Shown here piece by piece: positions 28,452-39,717 of a stretch of DNA of 64,000 nucleotides. Position 1 is the first letter of the stretch. Each line of letters starts with the position of its first letter. Below the pieces are notes generated by a model. That model was not told the DNA's origin. It did not search any database and saw only the letters and a list, made by a program, of their open reading frames with translations. The translations under genes and the position numbers were made by a program. The stretch is from an uncultured Actinomycetes bacterium (GTDB taxonomy: Bacteria > Actinomycetota > Thermoleophilia > RBG-16-64-13). The DNA lies in the NCBI GenBank assembly GCA_963841735.1, contig CAWJDT010000004.1, positions 128,001-192,000 on the forward strand, written 5' to 3'.

Positions 28452-29143
28452 GCATGCCCCAGGAATTCTACGGGCAGGTTCACCTGTTGCCTTCGATCTT
28501 GTCTGCCAACTTCTCTCGTCTCGGGGAGGAGGTAGGCGGGGCCATGGACGGCGGCGCTCGCATCATCCACGTGGACGTGATGGATGGACATTTCGTCCCC
28601 AACATCACGGTGGGACCATTGGTGGTGCAGAGTCTTGCGGCGCTGGTGCACGGGCGAGGCGGATTCTTCTCGGTTCACCTGATGATCGAGAATCCTGAGC
28701 GATACCTCGAGGCGTTTGTTGAGGCAGGGGCCGACGCGGTGAGCGTGCATGCCGAGGCGTGCCGGTCGTTGTACCACGCGATAGAGAAACTGAAGGCACT
28801 TGGGGCTGGGGCTGGCGTGGCTCTGAATCCGGGCACGAGCCCGTCGGTTCTGCGCGATGTAGCCCAGATGGTGGACGTGGTGTTGGTGATGACGGTGAAT
28901 CCTGGGTTTGGCGCCCAGAAGCTGATCGAGCCTGCGCTTGCGAAGGTTCCCGAGATCAGGCGGATGCTTCCCGCGGGCAAGGCCATAGAGGTGGATGGGG
29001 GCGTGCACCGGGACAACATCAGAAGAGTGGTCGAAGCGGGGGCGAATTGGATAGTAGCCGGATCGGCAGTATTCGGGTCTCCGAATCCGACGTCCGAAGC
29101 GCGGGTACTTCAGGAATTGATGGTGGGCGACGGCTCGGTGTGA
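28448..29143 (+). CDS. rpe: Ribulose-phosphate 3-epimerase
   Basis: PSILSA, HVDVMDGHFVPN, MTVNPGFG, EVDGG, VAGSAVF. Confidence 0.97.
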   Translation: MSMPQEFYGQVHLLPSILSANFSRLGEEVGGAMDGGARIIHVDVMDGHFVPNITVGPLVVQSLAALVHGRGGFFSVHLMIENPERYLEAFVEAGADAVSVHAEACRSLYHAIEKLKALGAGAGVALNPGTSPSVLRDVAQMVDVVLVMTVNPGFGAQKLIEPALAKVPEIRRMLPAGKAIEVDGGVHRDNIRRVVEAGANWIVAGSAVFGSPNPTSEARVLQELMVGDGSV

Positions 29144-29149
29144 TAGATT
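29141..29149 (+). promoter_or_regulatory. Extended -10 promoter of the rib operon, overlapping the rpe stop codon
   Basis: TG-A-TAGATT about 35 nt upstream of the riboswitch. Confidence 0.5.
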
Positions 29150-29183
29150 CTGCCCTGCGCCGTAGCGGTGCGATACGAGATTA

Positions 29184-29295
29184 GGTCTTCGGGGTCGGGT
29201 GAGATTCCCTACCGGCGGTTATAGCCCGCGAGCCCTTATGGGGCAGATCAGGTGAGATTCCTGAGCCGACAGTAAAGTCTGGAGGAGAGAAGGCC
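29184..29295 (+). ncRNA. FMN riboswitch (RFN element)
   Basis: P1 GGTCTTC/GAAGGCC; conserved blocks GGGG..GGGTGA.ATTCCC.ACCGGCGGT, AGCCCGCGAGC, GCAGATCAGGTGA.ATTCCTGAGCCGACAGT..AGTCTGGA; upstream of ribD. Confidence 0.97.
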
Positions 29296-29324
29296 GGAGC
29301 GGGGCTATGATGTCCCGTTTCTAG

Positions 29325-29360
29325 CGACCCCTAGGCCTGCAGGCTGAGGGGTTTTGTCTT
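29325..29360 (+). terminator. Riboswitch expression-platform terminator
   Basis: GACCCCT...AGGGGTT stem with TTTGTCTT tail; left arm CGACCCC is complementary to aptamer GGGGTCG (29191-29197), a ready antiterminator. Confidence 0.7.
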
Positions 29361-29367
29361 GTTTGGA

Positions 29368-30534
29368 GTGAACGACGCGGCATATTTGGAGCGGGCGTGG
29401 CAGCTGGCCGAGCGGGGTCGGGGTTGTACGAGTCCCAATCCTCTGGTGGGTGCGGTAATAGTCAGGGACGGCGATGTCATCGGCGAGGGTTGGCATGCGG
29501 GCCCCGGACGTGATCACGCTGAAGTGGCCGCGATCAAGAATGCCGTCGCCAACACAACTGGGGCCACCGACGCGCCTGCCCCTGGGGACGCCGGGGCCGC
29601 AACCAGAGTCTGTGGGGGCGCGACTATGTACGTGACCCTCGAGCCGTGCTGTACACAAGGCCGCACCCCCCCGTGTACCGAGGCGCTGATCTCGGCCGGT
29701 TTTGGGCGCATCGTAGCCGGAGTGATCGATTCGACGCCCCAGGTGGACGGGCGGGGGCTCGAGCTGCTTCGGGCGGCAGGCATGCAGGTGGATCTTGCCG
29801 AGGGAGCGCTCGTACACCTTATGAAACGCCAGAATGATGGTCCACGCAAGGTGATCGCGACGGGCCTACCCTTTGTGACTTATAAGTACGCCATGACCCT
29901 GGACGGCAGGGTGGCTACCGATTCGGGAGATTCGCGCTGGGTCTCGGGCCCTGACAGTCGGGCACTGGTCCATGAGTGGCGCAGCTGGTCGGACGCCGTT
30001 GTTGTAGGGGCCGCGACCGCAAGGATGGACGACCCACTGCTCACCTCTCGTCAAGTCGCCTGCCCTCGTCAACCGCTCCGCGTGATAGTGGGCGGTGGCC
30101 TGACCCTCCGCAGGGAGAGCCGCATCGTGAGCAGTGTGGAAGATGGCGCGGTCCTGGTGTTCTGTGGCCCTGATGTGGGAGAGGAGCGTATCAGCGAAGT
30201 AGAGTCGTGGGGTGTGGCGGTGGAGCGACTCACCCGTGATGACGCCGGCGGCCTGGATCCCCTGGAGGTGTGCCGCAGACTGGCTGCGCGCGATGTCCAG
30301 AGCGTGCTTCTTGAAGGCGGACCCAAACTGGCGGGCGCTTGGTGGGCCAAGGGGCTTGTCGATAAGGTGGCGGCGTTTGTGTGCCCCAAGGTCGTGTCGG
30401 GCGAGGTTCATCGGGGGCCCTTGTTGGGTGTGGGTGCGAGGGCCATGGACGGCGGGATGATGCTGCGCGAGGTCGAAGTGCGCAGGCTCGGGGCCGACAC
30501 CCTTGTGACGGGGTATACAGGGGAGCCGTTCTGA
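29368..30534 (+). CDS. ribD: Bifunctional riboflavin deaminase/reductase
   Basis: TSPNPLVGAV, HAE, YVTLEPCC..GRTPPC, AMTLDG, DDPLLT, LLEGGP; start 29359 or 29368. Confidence 0.96.
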   Translation: MNDAAYLERAWQLAERGRGCTSPNPLVGAVIVRDGDVIGEGWHAGPGRDHAEVAAIKNAVANTTGATDAPAPGDAGAATRVCGGATMYVTLEPCCTQGRTPPCTEALISAGFGRIVAGVIDSTPQVDGRGLELLRAAGMQVDLAEGALVHLMKRQNDGPRKVIATGLPFVTYKYAMTLDGRVATDSGDSRWVSGPDSRALVHEWRSWSDAVVVGAATARMDDPLLTSRQVACPRQPLRVIVGGGLTLRRESRIVSSVEDGAVLVFCGPDVGEERISEVESWGVAVERLTRDDAGGLDPLEVCRRLAARDVQSVLLEGGPKLAGAWWAKGLVDKVAAFVCPKVVSGEVHRGPLLGVGARAMDGGMMLREVEVRRLGADTLVTGYTGEPF

Positions 30535-31196
30535 TGTTCACGGGATTGATCGAAGAGATGGGCGTGGTCAGACGGCTTGAGAAGACCCGGGGGGGCGGAC
30601 GGCTAAGCGTCCAGGCTCGCAAGGTCCTGGGGGGAACCAAGCTCGGTGACTCCATCGCGGTCAGTGGAGCCTGTCTGACTGTGATCGACCTCGCGACAGA
30701 TGGATTCACGGTGGACTGCATGCCTGAGACTATTTCGCTGACCACTATCGGAGCTGCGAGCGTGGGCAGGGCGGTGAACCTGGAGCGCTCGTTGGTTCTG
30801 GGTGAACGGATAGGCGGTCACCTGGTGCTTGGGCATGTGGACGCTGTGTCAGAAGTGATAGCGGTCGTTCGAAAGGGCGCGGTTCGAGAGATCAGGTTTT
30901 CTCTCCCCGGAGCGGTTGCCTCCTATATCGCTCCGAAGGGGTCGGTGGCCATCGATGGGGTCTCGCTGACGGTCATGCGCGTGGACAAGGATGCTTTCGA
31001 GATAGGGGTCATCCCGCACACCCTGGAAGAGACCACACTTAAGAACGTGCATACGGGGATGTTGGTGAACGTGGAAGCCGATGTGCTGGCGCGCTACGTA
31101 CAGCGTGCGCTGCGGTCGGACGGTAGCACAGGGAGCGAAGGGGAAGTCGCCGGAGGGCTCACCGAGGACTTCCTTAGAGAGAAGGGGTTTGTATGA
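30534..31196 (+). CDS. ribE: Riboflavin synthase
   Basis: [44 protein letters not shown]; TGATG coupling to ribD. Confidence 0.96.
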   Translation: MFTGLIEEMGVVRRLEKTRGGGRLSVQARKVLGGTKLGDSIAVSGACLTVIDLATDGFTVDCMPETISLTTIGAASVGRAVNLERSLVLGERIGGHLVLGHVDAVSEVIAVVRKGAVREIRFSLPGAVASYIAPKGSVAIDGVSLTVMRVDKDAFEIGVIPHTLEETTLKNVHTGMLVNVEADVLARYVQRALRSDGSTGSEGEVAGGLTEDFLREKGFV

Positions 31197-32449
31197 GAGA
31201 GGGAATGTTCGCCACTATCACGGAGGCGCTCGAGGACATGAGGGCCGGTCGGATGGTCGTCGTGGTAGATGACGAAGACCGGGAGAACGAAGGTGACCTG
31301 ACCATGGCCGCCCAGTTTGTGTCACAGGAATCCATCAACTTCATGGCGGTTCATGGGCGGGGACTTGTCTGCCTGGCCATCACCGATGAGCGAGCGCGAC
31401 ATCTGCGTCTTCACCCCATGGCCCGGGAGAACCAGTCCCGCTTTGGCACGGCCTTCACCGTATCCATAGAGGCGCGACAAGGAGTGACCACGGGGATCTC
31501 CGCAGCCGACAGGGCTCATACCATCCAAGTGGCCATAGACCCAGAGAGCCGCGCGGACGACCTGGTACAACCGGGGCACGTCTTCCCGCTGGTCGCTAAG
31601 CAGGGTGGGGTGCTGGCGCGGGCTGGTCAGACCGAAGCCGCGGTCGACTTGGCCCGCATGGCCGGACTCCTTCCGGCGGGAGTCATCTGCGAGATCATGA
31701 ACGACGACGGGACCATGGCAAGAGTGCCCGATTTGGGGCCGTATTGTGCCCGTCATGGCATCAAGATGATCACTGTGGCCGACATGATCCGGTACCGCAG
31801 ACACACTGAGAAGTTGGTGCGGCGGGTGGCCGCAGTGCGGATGCCGACTGCTTCTGGTGATTTCGTGGCCTACGGATACGAAAGCCTGCTGGACGGTGAG
31901 CAGCACCTCGCTCTAGTCAAAGGTGACATCGTGGGCAAGAAGGATGTGCTGGTGCGGGTGCACTCAGAGTGTCTGACAGGGGATGTGTTCCACTCTCTCA
32001 GGTGCGACTGCGGCGAGCAGCTCCAGGGGGCACTGGATATCATCGAAGAAGAGGGCCTGGGTGTTCTTTTGTACATGGCGCAAGAGGGCCGGGGCATCGG
32101 GCTGCTCAACAAGCTACGGGCCTACGAACTGCAGGAGCAAGGCCGGGATACAGTAGAGGCCAATGTCGAGTTGGGCTTTGCGCCTGACCTTCGCGATTAC
32201 GGCATAGGCGCGCAGATACTGGTAGATCTGGGTCTGACTTCTATTCGTATCATGACCAACAACCCGCGCAAGCTCGTCGGCCTCGAGGGATATGGGCTGA
32301 CGATCAGCGAACGGGTGCCGCTGGAGATGAAGCCCTGCGGAACTAATCTGCGTTATTTGCAGGCCAAGAAGGACAAGCTTGGGCACATCCTGCATCACCA
32401 GGGACTTCAATATGTCGAAGACACAGGAAAGGACGAAGAGGATGAGTAG
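31193..32449 (+). CDS. ribBA: Bifunctional DHBP synthase / GTP cyclohydrolase II
   Basis: [54 protein letters not shown]. Confidence 0.97.
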   Translation: MREGMFATITEALEDMRAGRMVVVVDDEDRENEGDLTMAAQFVSQESINFMAVHGRGLVCLAITDERARHLRLHPMARENQSRFGTAFTVSIEARQGVTTGISAADRAHTIQVAIDPESRADDLVQPGHVFPLVAKQGGVLARAGQTEAAVDLARMAGLLPAGVICEIMNDDGTMARVPDLGPYCARHGIKMITVADMIRYRRHTEKLVRRVAAVRMPTASGDFVAYGYESLLDGEQHLALVKGDIVGKKDVLVRVHSECLTGDVFHSLRCDCGEQLQGALDIIEEEGLGVLLYMAQEGRGIGLLNKLRAYELQEQGRDTVEANVELGFAPDLRDYGIGAQILVDLGLTSIRIMTNNPRKLVGLEGYGLTISERVPLEMKPCGTNLRYLQAKKDKLGHILHHQGLQYVEDTGKDEEDE

Positions 32450-32990
32450 TGGCGGAAGGGTCTATGAGGGGTTCTGAAGGGCGAAGGACTGCGGTTCGCC
32501 ATCGTAGTGAGCCGTTTCAACGAGTTCATCAGCAGCAAGCTGCTGGGAGGGGCTCGTGATTGTCTCATCCGTCACGGCGTGGCCGAGGGTGACGTCGCTG
32601 TCGCTTGGGTGCCCGGGGCCATGGAGATCCCTCTGGTGGCCCAAAGGCTGGGTCGTTCCGGGCAGTACGATGCCATCATCTGTCTGGGGGCTGTGATCCG
32701 CGGGGTCGACGCCTCACTTCGACTACGTGGCCGGCGAAGCTGCGAAAGGCGTTGCCAAGGTGCAATTGGAGACAGGTGTACCGGTTATCTTCGGGGTGCT
32801 TACCACCGAAACCATCGAGCAGGCCGTAGAACGAGCCGGCACCAAGTCGGGCAACAGAGGATGGGATGCCGCGATGTCAGCGCTGGAAATGGCGAGTCTG
32901 CTAAACGGACTCGACGCGAACGGTCAAGTAGTAGGCGCTTACGCTACTTTCTCGACCTTGTGCGCCTTCAGGCACTTGGCGCAAACATAG
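32442..32990 (+). CDS. ribH: 6,7-dimethyl-8-ribityllumazine synthase, two frameshifts in G runs (near 32470 and 32703); 3' end uncertain
   Basis: [27 protein letters not shown], then (S)[25 protein letters not shown] in another frame. Confidence 0.93.
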
Positions 32991-33130
32991 GCCCTGCCTG
33001 GTTTGCCGGCGATCATAATGCGGATCTTATGGACATTGACATTCCAGCGGCGCGGAGTCGCGCGCATCGAGTGACTCCGATTGCTGCCAAAACTCGGCTT
33101 CTTGCCGCATATAGCGCACACCTTGGACAT
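32939..33130 (-). CDS. rpmB: 50S ribosomal protein L28, Zn-binding CxxC form
   Basis: [29 protein letters not shown]...VCAKCLK. Confidence 0.96.
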   Translation of the reverse strand: MSKVCAICGKKPSFGSNRSHSMRATPRRWNVNVHKIRIMIAGKPGRAYVCAKCLKAHKVEKVA

Positions 33131-33173
33131 ATCCACGATCCTTCTTGCGATTACCCTGACTTGGGAGTCACGT

Positions 33174-33203
33174 AGTATGCCGCAGGTGGCCACGTTCTGA
33201 CAA
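33174..33203 (-). promoter_or_regulatory. Sigma70-type promoter of rpmB
   Basis: Minus strand TTGTCA-N18-CATACT. Confidence 0.55.
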
Positions 33204-33243
33204 GGGGCGGCGACAAAACGGCAGGCTTGCCTGCGCGTAGGTT

Positions 33244-33258
33244 ACGGTAGAATACCGT
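33244..33258. promoter_or_regulatory. Inverted repeat overlapping the -10 box (TAGAAT) of the DUF1858-asp23-fak operon
   Basis: ACGGTA-GAA-TACCGT, perfect 6-bp arms. Confidence 0.45.
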
Positions 33259-33274
33259 CACATCAGCGAGAGCG

Positions 33275-33505
33275 ATGCCGGGAAAGGAGACTGCCATCTT
33301 CACCAGGGACATGTCGATGATGGAGGCTCTGCAGGCGGACCCTCGCGCCCGAGACGTCTTTGCCGCTTATGGCATGGGATGTGTCGGGTGCATGGGCGTG
33401 AGCATGGAGTCCATCGAGGACGGGGCGCGCATGCACGGGATCGACCCCGAGGCAGTGCTGGCCGATCTGAATAAGTTGGTTCCGTCGGAGGAAGACAAGT
33501 CCTGA
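33275..33505 (+). CDS. DUF1858 family small CxxC protein
   Basis: FTRDMSMMEAL..P.ARDVF..YGMGCVGC....ESIEDGARMHGIDP. Confidence 0.85.
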   Translation: MPGKETAIFTRDMSMMEALQADPRARDVFAAYGMGCVGCMGVSMESIEDGARMHGIDPEAVLADLNKLVPSEEDKS

Positions 33506-33900
33506 TGGCCGGACCGTCAAGAGTCAAGAGACAGCTTGAGCGACTCGGGCCGGCCCAGAAGAGCAGCGGCGGGCGCATGATCATCAGCGACCGGGCCGTC
33601 GCTGACATCGTGGGTTGGACGGTACTCGAGTGTTACGGCGTGGTCGGCATGGCGTCGCCGAATCTGCGGCAAGGGGTGGCCTCGCTGTTCAGTCGCGAGC
33701 GCCTACACCAAGGCATACGCGTGCGGCAGGCCTCGGAAGAGCTGCACCTCAAGGTCTACATCATTGTGGAGTACGGTCTCAACGTCGCCGAGGTAGCCGG
33801 CAACGTGCGCTCCCAGGTTGCCTACACGGTGGAGAAGATGGTGGGCACACCTATCACGACCCTGCGGATTTACGTGCAAGGGGTCCGGGTTGGCGAATAG
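33505..33900 (+). CDS. Asp23/Gls24 family protein (YloU-like)
   Basis: ISDRAVADIVG..VLECYGVVGM, YIIVEYGLNV, IYVQGVRV; usual position between rpmB and the DAK2 gene. Confidence 0.9.
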   Translation: MAGPSRVKRQLERLGPAQKSSGGRMIISDRAVADIVGWTVLECYGVVGMASPNLRQGVASLFSRERLHQGIRVRQASEELHLKVYIIVEYGLNVAEVAGNVRSQVAYTVEKMVGTPITTLRIYVQGVRVGE

Positions 33901-35539
33901 CGATGGAGCGCTGCTAGGAGTCTCCGTGGTCCGCTCCCTTCTGGCGGCCAGTTTCGCAGGCTCTTGAAGAGCGGAAGCAGGAGATCAACGACCTGAATGT
34001 GTACCCTGTCCCAGATGGGGATACCGGTACCAACCTGGCTCTTACCCTGCGGGCCGTTCGTCGATGCGGTCGGTAGGCTCCCGGAAGACGCCACTGACCG
34101 GGAGTTGTGCGCGGCCGTGTCGCAGGCCGCGCTCATGGGCGCTCGTGGCAACAGCGGGGTGATTCTTTCGCAGATCGTTCGCGGCGCCATGGAAGTGTTC
34201 GGCAAAGGCGGGCCGATCACCAGCCAGACGCTACGCCGGGCCTTGGCCAGCGCATCGGACACTGCCTACCGGGCAGTACGCAGGCCCGTTGAGGGCACGA
34301 TGCTCACCGTCCTTCGGGAGATGGCCGAGGCCGCGGCGGAGGCGCCGGCAGATCTGGACGCGAAGTCGCTGATGGATGCATGTTGTCGAGGCGGGCTGGA
34401 AGAGCGTGGAGAGGACCCCCACGCTGTTGCGGGTACTCGCCGACGCGGGCGTGGTGGACGCAGGAGGCTATGGTCTCGTCGTGCTTGTCGAAGGGGCGGT
34501 GAACGGGCGAGCAGATGGGTCGACGCCCATCGCCACGAGGATCGTCGCGCCGCAGGTTATGCGGGGAGTCCCGGGGGAGAAGGTCGTGGATGCGGAAGAG
34601 AGCGAATTCACGTACTGCGTGAGTTTTCTGGTGAGCGGTGCGGGTCTCGATCAGGCCTTCCTTGAAGAGGCAGCCGGCAGGCTGGGGGATAGCCTGCTCG
34701 TGGTCGGCGACCGTGCTCAACTGAAGGTGCACGTCCATACGGATGAGCCTGGAGATGTACTCAAGGTGGGCACCGCCCTCGGCGCGCTCTCCGAGATCGA
34801 GATCGACAACATGAAGATCCAGACGGCCGCTCGTAGCGACCGACCTGGCCCAGGCCGCGGAGGTCGCACCCGTGGACGCCGGCCTCACTCAGGTGGTGGC
34901 TGTGGTGGCTGGGGAGGGCAATAAGGAACTGTTCCGCGAGCCTGGGCGTGGATCTCATCGTCGACGGCGGCCAATCGATGAACCCCTCGGCCGAGGATCT
35001 CATCCGGGCGGTGGAACGGGCTGCGGCTTCTTCGGTGGTCATCCTCCCGAACAACAGCAATGTGATCATGACGGCCGAGCAGAGTCTTGGCTTGACAAAG
35101 CGTGACGTCCATGTCGTTCCCAGCCGTTCTATCCCGGCGGGACTGAGCGCGGCTGTCGCTTCGACAAGCGCTCTTCGGGTGAGGAGAACGCCGCAGGAGA
35201 TGAAGGCGGCGCTGGAGCGGGTGGTCACCGCGGAAGTGACGCGAGCCGTGCGCAAGGCGCAGGCTGACGGGGTGAAGGTCAAGGCCGATGACTTCATCGG
35301 TCTAGTGGATGAGCAAGTGGTGGTGGCTTCGCACGACGTGGTGAACTGTAATAGAGCGGGTGATCGGACGGCTGCTCGGTGGGGACAGGGAGTTGCTGAC
35401 TGTCCTCCTGGGAGAAGGCGAAAGCGCGGCTCGGACGGCCGCGGCGGTGGAGAAAGCACGCAAACGCTACCCAGACGTGGAGATCGAGGTCCACGAAGGC
35501 GGGCAACCCTACTATCCGGCATTGCTCGCGGCAGAGTAG
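33890..35539 (+). CDS. fakA: DAK2-domain fatty acid kinase subunit A, multiple frameshifts
   Basis: INDLNVYPVPDGDTGTNL, GARGNSGVILSQ, PVEGTMLTV, VVDAGG, KVHVHT, GGQSMNPS, LPNNSN, GGQPYY spread over frames. Confidence 0.9.
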
Positions 35540-35577
35540 ACAGAGACGGGGGCAACCGAACCAGAGGGGAGCCAGAC

Positions 35578-36439
35578 ATGATCGTCAACCGGGAGTACCA
35601 CGGCCATCGTCGTCGATTCCACGGCCGACCTGCCAAGCCATCTGGCGAACGACCCGAACATCACCATGGTGCCTCTCACGGTGTACTTCGGTGAGGATGC
35701 CTATCTGGATTGGGTGGATATCCAGCCGGAGGAGTTCTATCGAAAGCTCGAAGCGTCTCCCGTGCTACCGCGTACGTCACAACCGTCGCCCGGCGCGTTT
35801 CTCGAGCAGCTACAAGAGGCTTCGCGAGACATACGAACGCGTGTACTCGATCCATCTGAGCAGCAAGCTGAGCGGTACCTGGGCGAGCGCCGAGGTGGCG
35901 CGCGGCGAGATCGACGGCGTCGAGGTGGTCGACTCGCAACTCGCCACGTGCGGCATCGGCCTTTTTGTCGACCGGCTTCTGGCGCTGATGGACAAGGGCA
36001 CGCCGGAGGAGCGAGTTCAAGGCCTACATCGACTGGTTCGTGCAGCATTCGATGCTGCTGTTCCTGCCGCTTACTCTCGACCAGTTGTACAAGGGTGGAC
36101 GTATCGGCCGGGCTTCGCATCTTATGGGTGGCCTGTTGAACGTGAAGCCGGTGCTGAGCATCGTCGACGGGGTCGTTGACGTGCACAAGAAGGTGCGGGG
36201 CCAGCGGCAGGCGCTGGAAGTGATGCGCGACGGCGTTCTGGAGCATACCGAAGCCGGTAGGACTGTATACATAGGTCTGTCGCACTCGCTGAACGAGTCC
36301 TTGACCGCACAGCTTGCGCGCACTCCTTGAAGAAGTGACCGACCGCACGATCGAGGTCAGGCTGACGAGCCTTATCGGCTCGGTCATCGGCACCTACACC
36401 GGGCAGGGAACAGTCGGCATGGGCGTTATTCAGGAATGA
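35578..36439 (+). CDS. fakB: DegV family fatty acid-binding protein, multiple frameshifts
   Basis: AIVVDSTADL, TSQPSPG, HLSSKLSGT, L..L.KGGRIG, LNVKPVL, VIGTYTG. Confidence 0.88.
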
Positions 36440-38638
36440 AAATCGCCACAAGGGGTGGGGTTCATTACCCCTTGGGCTCTGGGTCCGCGCTGCCTGTACT
36501 CTCGCCGACGCTGCCCGGCTACCTCCAAGAACAGCATCGACCCGCGCAGGTTGGAGCGGCCGATAGCTGGAGTGAGGGGCGTGGGCAAGAGCACCAATGC
36601 CAAGCTGCAGGGTATGGGTATCGACGAGCGTGCGCGACCTGCTGATGCACCTTGCCGTTCAGGCACGAGTCACCTTCGCGGGTGGCCGGTGTCGGCCGGC
36701 TCTGTGTGGGCGAAGAGGTGACGCTACGGGTGCGCGTGGTGTCGTGCGCTGTTCGCGAGACGGCCAGGCGCCGGGTGAAGGTGCTCGAGGCCCTGGTTTC
36801 CGACGACAGCGGCAGTGTCGTTGCCACTTGGTACAACCAGGCGTATCTGGAGGCAGCGTTCGCAGAGAAGCCGGAGGTACTGCTGCGCGGTTCTCTCATG
36901 CGCACTCGCGTGGGGTCGACCTTCATGGTCAAGCGGCACGAGATACTCGGCGCTGGCACGTGCAGAGCCATCACATCCTCGGCCTTATACCCGTTTATCC
37001 CAGCACCGCCGATCTGAGCGTGAGGACCATCCGCACGATCTTGCACCGTGCCGGCGCCGTACGCTCGTGATCTGATCGACCCGCTGCCGGCCGAACTGCT
37101 TGCCCGCAGGCGCTATCCCGGCAAGGCAGAGGCGGTGCTCGCCTGCCACTTCCCGAGCAGCATCAAAGAGGGGGAGTCGGCTCGTAGACGCCTGGCTTTC
37201 GAGGAGTTGCTCCTGCTGCAACTGGCGGTGCTACAGCAACGCGCCGGTCAGGATCGAGCGCCGCAAGGCTCAGGCGCTCGCGGCGCCGGCGGGACTCGCG
37301 ACCAGGTTCGTCCACTCGCTGCCCTACGCACCGACGGGCGCACAGACGCGGGCTATGGCGGAGATCGAGGGGGACCTGGTCAGAAGCGTGCCCATGCGGC
37401 GCCTGCTCCATGGGGATGTTGGCTCCGGCAAGACGATGGTGGCGACGTACTGTCTGCTGCGGGGTGTGGAACAGGGCGCCCAGGCCGCGATCATGGCGCC
37501 CACGGAGGTCTTGGCCGAGCAGCACTACCTCGGCCTGGCGATCTGCTGGCCGATTTGGGCGTCCGGGTCCGGCTGCTCAAGGGTAGCCAGAGCCGCTGGC
37601 GAAAGGCGGGCCGCGCGCAAGGCTCTCGAGGCCGGTGAGGCGGACGTGGTGGTGGGAACGCACGCTCTCATCCAGGAGGGAGTGCGGTTTCGCGATCTGC
37701 GGGTGGTGGTGGTGGACGAGCAGCATCGCTTCGGCGTCGGCAGAGAGACGCCATAGTGGCCGCGGCGAAGAGCGGGAGGATGTGGCCTCACGCTCTGCAT
37801 ATGTCGGCCACTCCCATCCCGCGGACTCTCAGTCTCACTCTGTACGGCGATCTCGATATCAGCGTGCTCGATGAGATGCCCAGAGGGCAGGCGTCCGGTG
37901 CGCACACGCCTGGTGTTCGGCGACACTCAGGCGCGTATGTGGGATTTCGTGCGTCGCGAGCTCGAGCGAGGCCGGCAGGCGTATGTCGTCTGTCCTCTGA
38001 TCGAGGAGAGCGAGACCCTGCAGACGGCCTCCGCGCGTCGCACGTTCGAGGAGCTGGTCTCTGGCGAGCTCACGGGGTTCCGGCTTCAGCTGCTTCACGG
38101 ACAGCTTCCGCCGGCGGAGAAGGCAGGAGCCATGGCGGCCTACGCCAGCGGGCCAAGCGGACGTTCTGGTGAGCACTTCGGTGATAGAGGTAGGCGTGGA
38201 TGTTCCCAACGCGACGGTCATGGTGATCATGGGTGCACGGCGCTTCGGTCTTTCGCAGCTTCACCAGTTGCGTGGCCGCGTGGGTCGGGGCACGGACGAA
38301 TCTCACTGCTTCGTACTGGTGGAGGGCGAGGAGGAGGCTGTGCTCGAGCGACTTGCACTGTTCGCGCGCGTGTCCGACGGGTTCGAGCTGGCTGAAGCCG
38401 ATCTGGCGGCCAGAGGCGAAGGCCAACTCTTCGGAGAACGGCAGTCGGGACTTGGTGACCTTGGAGGTAGCTTCACTTCTGCGCGACAGAGCCTCTGCTC
38501 GAGGAGGCTCGCGCGGAGGCGCCAAGCGGTGCTGGCTACCGAAGGCCTCGTCTGAGGGGCCCCGGCCCTACGTTTCTTGCTTCGAGGCCGCCGGATTCGC
38601 GGTTTGGAGAGAGGATGCAGTGGATGAACAGGCTGTGA
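36436..38638 (+). CDS. recG: ATP-dependent DNA helicase RecG, multiple frameshifts
   Basis: [76 protein letters not shown]. Confidence 0.95.
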
Positions 38639-39199
38639 ACGCGCGGCCGCCAGGAAGGGTGCGCATCGTGGGTGGCGTCCAAGCGTGGCCAAGCGATCCG
38701 GGTGCCGCCGGTCACCAACGTCCGGCCCACCGGCCAGAAGGTGCGCGAAGCGATCTTCGATGTGTTGGGCCCGATCGTCGGGTCTGCGGAGCGCTGGACC
38801 TGTTCGCGGGCACCGGCGCCATGGGCCTTGAGGCTCTCTCCAGGGGAGCGGCGCAGTGCGTCTTCGTGGAGAGCGATGCGGCGGTCGCAGCCGTGCTGCG
38901 CGCCAACATAGAGGCCTTGGGCTTTGAGGCGGCGCCCGGATTATGCAGAGTCGGCTATCTTCCGGCCATTAGGATCCTGGTCCAGGCGTGGCGCTTGTTT
39001 TGATTTGCTCTTTGTGGACCCTCCCTATAGAATGCTGGCAGAAGTGGAAGTTTTGTTGGCGCCGCTGTTGCCAATGCTTCTGTCCGACGATGGAGTTGTG
39101 GTGGTGGAGGGGCAGAAGTCCACGAACGTGGCTCTTGGCCAGACCCCAGTATTCGAACGGGTCTACGGTGACACCAGAGTCACCATGATCAGATTGTAA
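38635..39199 (+). CDS. rsmD: 16S rRNA m2G966 methyltransferase, frameshifted
   Basis: RIVGG, VRPT..KVREAIF, LDLFAGTGAMGLEALSRGA, FVDPPY, YGDT. Confidence 0.92.
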
Positions 39200-39222
39200 T
39201 GAGACTGTAGGAGGATCGGTCG

Positions 39223-39714
39223 GTGAAGACCGCACTTTGCCCAGGCACGTACGACCCTGTCACCGTTGGCCATTTGGACGTCATCGGTAGATGCAGCGCC
39301 ATGTTCGACGAGGTTGTGGTGGCCGTCGTGGACGACTCCTTTCGCAAGACGGTTCTCTTCAAGTGTGAGGAGCGCCTGCATTTCTTGGAGGAGTCCACCA
39401 AGCATCTGCCGAATGTTAGGGTCACTGTGATGCACAATCTGGTGGTTAGGTTGGCCAGAGAGGTCGGGGCCAGCGTCTTGGTCAAGGGGCTTCGCGCCCT
39501 TACCGACTTCGAATACGAGCTTCAGATGGCACAACTCAACCGAAAACTGGACCCTGACTTGGAGACGATGTACCTTATGGCTTCACCGGAGTACTCCTTT
39601 TTGAGCTCGAGCGGGGTAAAAGAGATCGCCCGCTACGGCGGGAACGTGAGCGACCTTGTGCCCGCGGTGGTCGGGCGTCGCTTCGCCGAAATGTATGGAA
39701 ACGTGGAGGGCTAA
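39223..39714 (+). CDS. coaD: Phosphopantetheine adenylyltransferase
   Basis: PGTYDPVTVGHLDVI, KGLRALTDFEYE, FLSSSGVKE. Confidence 0.97.
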   Translation: MKTALCPGTYDPVTVGHLDVIGRCSAMFDEVVVAVVDDSFRKTVLFKCEERLHFLEESTKHLPNVRVTVMHNLVVRLAREVGASVLVKGLRALTDFEYELQMAQLNRKLDPDLETMYLMASPEYSFLSSSGVKEIARYGGNVSDLVPAVVGRRFAEMYGNVEG

Positions 39715-39717
39715 CTC

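Noticed and set aside
32929-32990. Convergent ribH/rpmB coding overlap of about 50 nt as antisense regulation
   Set aside because: Lies in an indel-rich block; one more indel would end ribH at the TAG near 32929
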